This document shows, in pieces, positions 26,021-32,000 of a DNA stretch of 32,000 nucleotides. The stretch is from contig CAYNZZ010000001.1 of assembly GCA_964401865.1 (NCBI GenBank), positions 150,001 to 182,000 on the forward strand, given 5' to 3'. The first letter of the stretch is position 1, and each line of letters starts with the position of its first letter. The notes under the pieces are model-generated. The model saw only the letters and a program-made list of their open reading frames with translations, was not told the DNA's origin and did no database searches. A program made the translations under genes and the position numbers. The DNA comes from an uncultured Erysipelotrichaceae bacterium (GTDB lineage Bacteria > Bacillota_I > Bacilli_A > Erysipelotrichales > Erysipelotrichaceae).

Positions 26021-27527
26021 TTTTTTCCTCCAGCTTATTAAAAGCGCTATTCAATCCATCAATTAATAGTTCAGGAGAGAAACACCTAGCGTTATAATTG
26101 TCATCAATAGCATAATTGTGTATGAATGTAGATGCAATCGCTGCTTTTACTGTATCATTTAAATTGGCTATTAACCCTAGGATTATTCCACATAAAACAT
26201 CACCACTTCCTCCTTTGGACAATGCGCTATTTGGTTTATTTAATAAATAAGTTTCGGTGCAATTTTTAATGATTGTAAAAGAAGATTTTAAAACAACTGT
26301 GCAATTGGAGTATTTTTTAACAAAATCATCTAAATAAGTAAAAGGGTCTTCTTTTATTTTTTCTACTTCAATATTATTTAAATAAGAAAATTCTTTCAAA
26401 TGTGGAGTTATGATGGTTTCAGCTTTTCTGACCAACAAATCTTTTTGTTTTCTTAAATTGTATATAGCATCGGCGTCAACGATGGTTGTTTTGTCTGTAT
26501 TTAAGACTGTTTTTAATAATTCTTCATTTACCTTGTTTCTTCCCATACCATTTCCTATGGCAATAACATCGTAATTATTGATTATATTTTGAAGCTTTTT
26601 GATAGCTTCATCATTGAAATATCCATTATCTGATGGTGCACTAATATACATAGCTTCCGGAATTCTATTTTCAATAGCATTAATGCAATCAGGAATAAAT
26701 AGAGTTAGTGTACCAACACCGCTATGTAGGCATGCTTTACCAGCAAGGTAAATAGCTCCAGCCATTTGGTCGCTACCCCCAATTAGTAATGCTTTTTTAT
26801 ATGTTCCCTTATTTGCTTCATCGTTTCTTTTAACAAGACAAGAGGATGCTAAATCAAAATTAATAATTCTAATTTTATCTTTTAAATCTTTTTTAAGTTC
26901 TTGGGGAAAATTTATATCGACAAGAATATAATCTTTGTAAGAATTTCTGCTTGGATATTTGAACAAAGATAAAGGATATGAATCAATAAAAATTGTCAGA
27001 TTATTGTGAACATAGTGTCTAGGTAAGATATTAGAGCTGGCATTGATACCGCTTGGCATATCTATTCCAATCACAAAAGAACCACTATTATTTATGCAAT
27101 CAATAATATGATGGTATTCTTTGTCTATTTCTCCCTTTATTCCGCTACCAAATAAGGCATCGATTACTATATCGTTACAATTGATTTGGTCGATTTCAAC
27201 AAATGGAATATTTAAACTATTCAATATTTCAAGTTGAACATTAGCATCTTTTGATAGGCGCTTGTTATTGCAATTGATATATATATCGTAACCTTTGACA
27301 AATAAAATTCTAGCTAAAGCCAGTCCATCGGCGCCATTATTCCCTGGTCCAGCAACAACTATAACTCTTTGATTATTTTTTAAATATTTTTCAATAGAAT
27401 TAAAAATACTTATTGCTGCATTTTCGATACTTATTAGTGATGGTATGCAGCGGTCAATAATTGATTTTTGATCAACTATTGATTTATCACGACTGTTTAA
27501 TACATATTCTTTAAATAATTGCTTCAT
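26007..27527 (-). CDS. nnr: Bifunctional NAD(P)H-hydrate repair enzyme (epimerase / ADP-dependent dehydratase)
   Basis: The N-terminal YjeF_N module has GPGNNGADGLA and the C-terminal carbohydrate-kinase module has GGSGDVLCG. 506 aa. It overlaps the ABC gene by 14 nt. Confidence 0.9.
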   Translation of the reverse strand: MKQLFKEYVLNSRDKSIVDQKSIIDRCIPSLISIENAAISIFNSIEKYLKNNQRVIVVAGPGNNGADGLALARILFVKGYDIYINCNNKRLSKDANVQLEILNSLNIPFVEIDQINCNDIVIDALFGSGIKGEIDKEYHHIIDCINNSGSFVIGIDMPSGINASSNILPRHYVHNNLTIFIDSYPLSLFKYPSRNSYKDYILVDINFPQELKKDLKDKIRIINFDLASSCLVKRNDEANKGTYKKALLIGGSDQMAGAIYLAGKACLHSGVGTLTLFIPDCINAIENRIPEAMYISAPSDNGYFNDEAIKKLQNIINNYDVIAIGNGMGRNKVNEELLKTVLNTDKTTIVDADAIYNLRKQKDLLVRKAETIITPHLKEFSYLNNIEVEKIKEDPFTYLDDFVKKYSNCTVVLKSSFTIIKNCTETYLLNKPNSALSKGGSGDVLCGIILGLIANLNDTVKAAIASTFIHNYAIDDNYNARCFSPELLIDGLNSAFNKLEEKNVTD

Positions 27528-27586
27528 AACTATTACTATACGCTTAAATAAAAGTCTATTTTGTATTTTTTATTCAAGTTTTTATT

Positions 27587-27615
27587 AAATTATCACGCAT
27601 ATTTTATCGTGTCAA
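27587..27615 (-). promoter_or_regulatory. Putative strong sigma-A promoter upstream of nnr
   Basis: The minus strand reads TTGACA (27615-27610), a 17-nt spacer ending in TGa, then TAATTT (27592-27587). This is a consensus -35 with an extended -10. Confidence 0.5.
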
Positions 27616-27624
27616 CATACAGTT

Positions 27625-27927
27625 TTATTTTTCTATTTCTATTTCAAGTATGTCTTCAAAATTTATTCTTCTTTTGACAATTTGTATAAATTTATTGTCA
27701 AAGTCTAATTTCGATACATAACCGTTTATTTTAATGCAATCGTTATTGTGATAATAGACAACATTAATTATCATACCGATATTCAGGTTTTGAACAGTGT
27801 GATTTAGTTCTTCTGTTTCATCCTCTGATAATTCTTTTTTTGGGACAATTATTCTCTCTTGTTCCTTTAATACTTCTCTAAATTTTTGCAAGGCATCAAA
27901 AGATTGAAATGTACATGGATGTTTCAC
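27625..27927 (-). CDS. YolD-like protein (accessory to Y-family polymerase)
   Basis: 100 aa, overlapping by 4 nt and directly downstream of a Y-family polymerase gene, as in B. subtilis uvrX-yolD and yqjW-yqzH. The call rests on size, position and loose sequence resemblance. Confidence 0.7.
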   Translation of the reverse strand: MKHPCTFQSFDALQKFREVLKEQERIIVPKKELSEDETEELNHTVQNLNIGMIINVVYYHNNDCIKINGYVSKLDFDNKFIQIVKRRINFEDILEIEIEK

Positions 27928-29180
27928 GATTTATGACCTCCTAATGTTGTATTGCGATAGCGTTGTGTAGATTTTTCTAAATAATTCATGCCTTTGAGAA
28001 GATAATTTTTTCCGTATCGTTTATGAATATCATTGATGGCAACTTGTAGCTTATGTTCTTTATCTAATTCATCTATATCAGTAAATAGATTGTACTCGGC
28101 ATATGCTTCGTCTTTTAAATCCATGAAACAGACGGATAATTGTCTTATTGGATAGTTTATATCGACGATATCAAAATATATTTTTTTAAATTCTTTGAGC
28201 AGTATTTTGTGAGAATTAGTTGTATCGGCGATTTTTCTAACGCTTCTTTGCGCTTTTCTTATATTTTTAGAGTAAGAAATAGAAATTCCTATTCTACTTG
28301 TGACTAAATGCTTGTTTACAAGCGACAAAACATTGGTATCAATCATTTCTTTTAATATTAAATAAGCATCTTGATAATTGTAGTCTTCAAATAATATTTG
28401 GCTGTTAGTTATTGAACTATTCTTGGGCTTATGATTTTTGATATCTTTAATTTCTGTTTCTTCTTTTCCATAAGCATGATCAATCAAGATTGAAGCATTT
28501 ACGCCAAACTCTTTATATAGTATTTTTTCAGGAATCCTAGTAATTCCATAAAGATCGTATATTTCGAGTTTGGCTAAGCGATCTGCAATTCCCTTTCCTA
28601 TCATCCAAATATCAGTTATAGGTCTATGATGCCATATAGTTTGTTTAAAAATATCTTCATTTAAATACCCCATATTATCAGAACTGTGTTTTGCGGTAAT
28701 ATCTAGAGCTAGTTTGGCTAAAAAAAGATTGGTGCCAATCCCGACGGTTGCGGTAAGACCGGTACTTTTATATATGTCATCAAGTATCATTTTAGCTATT
28801 TCCTTAGGGTTTTTCTGATATAGATTCAAATAAGAACTAATATCTAAAAAGGATTCATCAACAGAATAGACATAAATATCTTCAGGTGATATGTATTTGA
28901 GTAGAATAGAGTATATTTTGGCAGAGTATTTCATATATAAGGACATTCTAGGTATGGCGGTGATGTAGCTGATGTTTTTGGGAATTTCAAATATTCTACC
29001 GCGACTTTTAACTCCTAATTTTTTAATGGCGGGAGTAGCCGCTAATGTGATGGCTCCACCTCCTCTAGATGAATCGGCGACTACTAAATTAGTTGAAAAA
29101 GGATCGAGGCCTCTTTCGACACATTCTACCGAAGCATAAAAAGATTTCAAATCTATGCACAGATATATTTTCTCTTTCAT
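27924..29180 (-). CDS. Y-family (UmuC/UvrX-like) translesion DNA polymerase
   Basis: CIDLKSFYASVE and YSVDESFLD (catalytic acidic residues), followed by palm, fingers and little-finger length. 418 aa. Confidence 0.9.
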   Translation of the reverse strand: MKEKIYLCIDLKSFYASVECVERGLDPFSTNLVVADSSRGGGAITLAATPAIKKLGVKSRGRIFEIPKNISYITAIPRMSLYMKYSAKIYSILLKYISPEDIYVYSVDESFLDISSYLNLYQKNPKEIAKMILDDIYKSTGLTATVGIGTNLFLAKLALDITAKHSSDNMGYLNEDIFKQTIWHHRPITDIWMIGKGIADRLAKLEIYDLYGITRIPEKILYKEFGVNASILIDHAYGKEETEIKDIKNHKPKNSSITNSQILFEDYNYQDAYLILKEMIDTNVLSLVNKHLVTSRIGISISYSKNIRKAQRSVRKIADTTNSHKILLKEFKKIYFDIVDINYPIRQLSVCFMDLKDEAYAEYNLFTDIDELDKEHKLQVAINDIHKRYGKNYLLKGMNYLEKSTQRYRNTTLGGHKS

Positions 29181-29186
29181 GGCTCT

Positions 29187-29215
29187 ATCATAATGGTAAA
29201 AATAAAATTTTCCAA
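29187..29215 (-). promoter_or_regulatory. Putative promoter of the polymerase operon, positioned for a leaderless transcript
   Basis: The minus strand reads TTGGAA (29215-29210), a 17-nt spacer, then TATGAT (29192-29187). The ATG at 29180 begins 7 nt after the -10, and no SD is present. Confidence 0.4.
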
Positions 29216-29255
29216 GATAGATTTGGGAATTGTAAATAATTATTTGTCAGTTTAA

Positions 29256-29284
29256 TTGCAAATAGTTAAAAGATTTGCTAATAT
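29256..29284 (+). promoter_or_regulatory. Putative promoter of the XRE-S24 repressor gene with an embedded inverted repeat (candidate operator)
   Basis: TTGCAA (29256-29261), a 17-nt spacer, then TGcTAATAT (extended -10, 29276-29284). The inverted repeat GCAAAT-N9-ATTTGC (29258-29278) occupies the -35 and spacer. Confidence 0.5.
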
Positions 29285-29302
29285 GATGGCGAGGTGATTG
29301 AG

Positions 29303-29893
29303 ATGTTGTTAAGAGAATTGTTGATCAAATATGAAATTGCAAATGATAAAAATCATGCCGATGTAGCTAACGAAGTAGGCGTTTCGCTCTCTACTTATTA
29401 TCGATGGATTAACGGCGAGAGCACGAAACTTAAAAAAGGTACGATTAAAAAATTGTCTGAAGTATTAGATTATGATATTCAAAGAGTTTTGGATGATCAA
29501 GAAAACTTCAAACCTATTCTCGGGAGTGCTAAGGCTGGATATGATATGTATGTTGATGAAGATGTTGAAGGTTATGTTGAATTGGGACATGGCGATGCAT
29601 CAAAAGGTGATTATTTTTTGCGAGTTAAGGGCGATTCGATGGAAGGTTCACACATCTACGATGGTGATTTAATCTTCGTTAAAAAGACTGAGAATGTGAA
29701 ATCCGGTCAAATAGCAGTTATTTTAATTGGCGAGGAAGTTACTATCAAAAAAGTAATATATAAAAGTGATCTATTGATATTAGAAGCCAGCAATCCAAAA
29801 TACGAATCGCGTTACTTTTCTTATGATGAAGTAGAGGAATTACCGGTTAAGATAATTGGGCAAGTTTTGTTTGTAAGAACTGATTTTATTTAA
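29303..29893 (+). CDS. XRE-family HTH repressor fused to an S24 (LexA/CI-like) autopeptidase domain
   Basis: HTH VANEVGVSLSTYYRWINGES; S24 module VKGDSMEG (Ser nucleophile) ... TIKKV (Lys). GAGGTG at 29291-29296 is 6 nt from the ATG at 29303; the ORF-track GTG at 29294 lies inside the SD. Confidence 0.85.
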   Translation: MLLRELLIKYEIANDKNHADVANEVGVSLSTYYRWINGESTKLKKGTIKKLSEVLDYDIQRVLDDQENFKPILGSAKAGYDMYVDEDVEGYVELGHGDASKGDYFLRVKGDSMEGSHIYDGDLIFVKKTENVKSGQIAVILIGEEVTIKKVIYKSDLLILEASNPKYESRYFSYDEVEELPVKIIGQVLFVRTDFI

Positions 29894-29912
29894 TCATTAA
29901 TTTTTCGAAATA

Positions 29913-29935
29913 AAATAGCTCATAAAGAGCTATTT
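29913..29935. terminator. Hairpin between convergent genes (weak bidirectional terminator)
   Basis: AAATAGCTC-ataaa-GAGCTATTT is a perfect 9-bp stem. The flanking A/T runs are short and it overlaps the stop of the minus-strand gene. Confidence 0.45.
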
Positions 29936-30883
29936 ACTAACGACATTCAATGGATTTCCGTTTATATAGGACTGGACATTTTTTGCTAGGATGTCAACTA
30001 ATCTTTTTCTTGTTTCAAATCCTTTCCATCCCATGTGCGGAGTAAGAATAACATTTGTCATATTATATAATGGGTTATCTTCTCTTGTTGGTTCTTCTTC
30101 TTGAACATCAAGAGCAGCGCCTGCTATTACTTTATTATTTAAAGCTTCTATAAGCGCATCTTCATCGATTAAAGGTCCTCTTGCGGTATTGATGATATAA
30201 GCAGTGTTTTTCATTTTAGCAAGTTCATTTTTTCCGATTAAATGGAAAGTTTCATCTTTTAATGGACAATGCAGGGACAAGAAATCTGAATTTTTAAGAA
30301 CAGTATCTAGGTCGGTAAATTTGATACCATCTTGGTTTTCGCGTTTAGTTCTTGTATAAACTAAAACATCCATATCAAATGCTCTAGCTAATTTGGCAAC
30401 ATTTTTTCCTATATTTCCATATCCGATTAAACCAAGTGTTTTATGTTGAATTTCGACATGAGGTACAGATAAATGGTTGGTGAAATTTGAATGATCGTTT
30501 TTGCTTAACATATGCATTTGTGCACGCATACTAGAAGCCATATTTAGTATTAGCATCATACATGTCTGAGCGACACATTCTGTAGAATATGCAGGAATAT
30601 TGCATACCGTTATTCCTTTTTCTTCGCAAGCTTTGACATCGATATTGTTGTAACCTGTTCCAGCTTCGCAAAGAAGATGTATAGATGCAGGGAATTGATC
30701 GATGATTTCTTTTGGCAAAGGATATTCTTTGACAATGACAATTCCAACACCTTCAATGGCTTTTATTAATTCTTCATGAGTAAGATAAGGGTACACTGTA
30801 AGGTCTTCGCCAATAATGCTGTAATCAATAGCGCCATCATAGTTAGTCTTTTCACCCTGTATGAGTGCGATTTTTGTATTCAT
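29930..30883 (-). CDS. D-isomer-specific 2-hydroxyacid dehydrogenase family (glycerate/hydroxypyruvate reductase-like)
   Basis: NAD-binding site GLIGYGNIGKNVA, then LHCPL, INTARGPLID and TPHMGW (the R/E/H catalytic set). Confidence 0.9.
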   Translation of the reverse strand: MNTKIALIQGEKTNYDGAIDYSIIGEDLTVYPYLTHEELIKAIEGVGIVIVKEYPLPKEIIDQFPASIHLLCEAGTGYNNIDVKACEEKGITVCNIPAYSTECVAQTCMMLILNMASSMRAQMHMLSKNDHSNFTNHLSVPHVEIQHKTLGLIGYGNIGKNVAKLARAFDMDVLVYTRTKRENQDGIKFTDLDTVLKNSDFLSLHCPLKDETFHLIGKNELAKMKNTAYIINTARGPLIDEDALIEALNNKVIAGAALDVQEEEPTREDNPLYNMTNVILTPHMGWKGFETRKRLVDILAKNVQSYINGNPLNVVSK

Positions 30884-30959
30884 TTATTATAACTCCTTTT
30901 CGCTTTTTTATTATTTTATCAAATATAATAATGTTATGATTATTAAAAAGGAGGATTTC

Positions 30960-31904
30960 ATGAAAATTGTTTTGTTAGAAGGCTTAGGAGTTAGCGACAA
31001 CATCATTAGCGAACACCAAGCCAAATTAGAAAAGATGGGGCACACTTTTGTGGCGTATCCAAAAGATGTTGATGCGAATGTTCAAAGCGAAAGAATCAAA
31101 GATGCTGATGTAGTGATGTTAGCGAATATGCCTCTTGATAAAAAAGCTGTTGAAGGTGCGGAAAATTTAAAGTTTATTGATGTAGCATTTACGGGTGTAG
31201 ATCACATTCCTATGGATGTGGCAAAGACTAAGAATATTACCGTTAGTAATGCTTCAGGTTACGCAACTTGTGCAGTAGCAGAACTTTGCATTGCTACAAT
31301 AATTGTTTCTTTGAGAAATGTCAAAAAAGTTCAAGACAGATGTCGAGAAGGTAAGACTAAAGATGGATTAGTAGGAACGTTATTAAATGGTAAGACTATC
31401 GGTATCGTTGGTGCTGGAGCAATAGGGAAGAAAGTAGCTTCCTTAGCTAAGGCGTTTGGCTGTCATGTGATTGCATATTCTAGAAGCACAATTAATGATC
31501 AAAATATTGATGAACAAGTTAGCTTAGACGAAGTAATGCAAAGAAGTGACATTGTATCTTTACATTGTCCCTTAACTGATGCTACAAGGGGAATGATTGA
31601 TGCATCAAAGATTGCATTGATGAAGAAGAGTGCTATTTTAGTAAATACGGCTAGAGGGGCAGTAGTTGATTCTAATGCATTAGCTGATGCTTTAAATGAA
31701 GAAAGAATTGCAGGAGCAGTAATTGATGTATTTGAAAAAGAACCGCCACTAGATACTAATCATCCACTACTTCACAGCAAAAACACTATCGTAACACCTC
31801 ACATTGCATTTGCCTCTAAGGAGTCGATGGAATTGAGAGCTGAGATAGTATTCAATAATTTATATTCTTGGTTAGAAGGTAACCCAGTCAACGTAGTTAA
31901 ATAA
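30960..31904 (+). CDS. D-isomer-specific 2-hydroxyacid dehydrogenase family (phosphoglycerate dehydrogenase-like)
   Basis: GIVGAGAIGKKVA, LHCPL, VNTARGAVVD and TPHIAF motifs. AGGAGG is 6 nt upstream of the ATG at 30960. The ORF-track extension to 30861 overlaps the divergent gene and has no SD. Confidence 0.9.
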   Translation: MKIVLLEGLGVSDNIISEHQAKLEKMGHTFVAYPKDVDANVQSERIKDADVVMLANMPLDKKAVEGAENLKFIDVAFTGVDHIPMDVAKTKNITVSNASGYATCAVAELCIATIIVSLRNVKKVQDRCREGKTKDGLVGTLLNGKTIGIVGAGAIGKKVASLAKAFGCHVIAYSRSTINDQNIDEQVSLDEVMQRSDIVSLHCPLTDATRGMIDASKIALMKKSAILVNTARGAVVDSNALADALNEERIAGAVIDVFEKEPPLDTNHPLLHSKNTIVTPHIAFASKESMELRAEIVFNNLYSWLEGNPVNVVK

Positions 31905-31927
31905 TTCAACGACTAATACAGCAAAAA

Positions 31928-31961
31928 ACAGCATATCTATTATAAAAATATGCTGTTTTTT
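31928..31961 (+). terminator. Rho-independent terminator
   Basis: ACAGCATAT (31928-31936) pairs with ATATGCTGT (31948-31956) and is followed by a T-run. Confidence 0.8.
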
Positions 31962-32000
31962 ATAGTCATTGATAATATTTAGATTTATTCACCTTTATAG

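Noticed and set aside
29234-29245. Perfect 12-bp palindrome AAATAATTATTT as an operator
   Set aside because: It consists of A/T only in about 70% AT DNA, so it is expected by chance. The flanks do not extend the symmetry. The GCAAAT-N9-ATTTGC repeat is a better operator candidate.
29472-29672. 66-aa alternative-frame ORF inside the repressor gene
   Set aside because: It is an out-of-frame overlap with the XRE-S24 gene, whose own frame carries the HTH and Ser/Lys motifs.
30861-30959. N-terminal 33-codon extension of the second 2-hydroxyacid dehydrogenase
   Set aside because: It would overlap the divergent gene's start and encodes low-complexity sequence (IYYNSFSLFYYFIKYNN). AGGAGG is perfectly placed for ATG 30960, which gives the conserved MKIVLLEG N-terminus.

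Overview
Low-GC, standard-code, Firmicutes-type chromosomal segment; the gene content looks Erysipelotrichia/Bacilli-like. No rRNA, tRNA or CRISPR array was recognised. (1) 1-2715 is mobile-element debris. An IS21-family element (istA complete, istB running off the left edge) is inserted into an already frameshifted ISL3-family transposase gene. It is followed by C-tract iteron-like repeats, a ParA fragment and a perfect 34-bp direct repeat. (2) 2725-4014 is an orphan AAA_14/DUF4143-type ATPase. (3) 4233-6923 holds an Rrf2 regulator divergent from a polar amino-acid ABC importer (permease, ATPase, lipoprotein SBP). (4) About 6960-12740 is a block of six uncharacterised genes between core genes. 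It has a terminator-isolated 268-aa protein, then a translationally coupled trio: a 2-TM XpaC-like membrane protein, a 169-aa orphan, and a 661-aa tandem AAA+ protein whose first module is a degenerate Clp-D2-like domain and whose second is an intact SpoVK/CbbX-like domain. A secreted Cys-containing protein and a small 2-TM protein follow. This block is my best candidate for an undescribed system, possibly an envelope-stress or conflict module, but the function is inference only. (5) 12740-16724 is housekeeping: mnmE, a TatD-family hydrolase, an aldose-1-epimerase-like gene, nagB and trxA. (6) 16770-27527 holds ispF plus an HD phosphohydrolase, an ALDH, a thioredoxin-like protein, a pseudouridine synthase, an RsmB/F-type methyltransferase, a 1121-aa fused MacB-type ABC transporter and nnr. 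(7) 27625-29893 is an SOS-mutagenesis-type cassette: an XRE-S24 repressor divergent from a Y-family polymerase plus YolD-like gene. (8) 29930-31904 holds two divergent paralogous D-2-hydroxyacid dehydrogenases. All family calls come from motif recognition by eye; no database search was possible.
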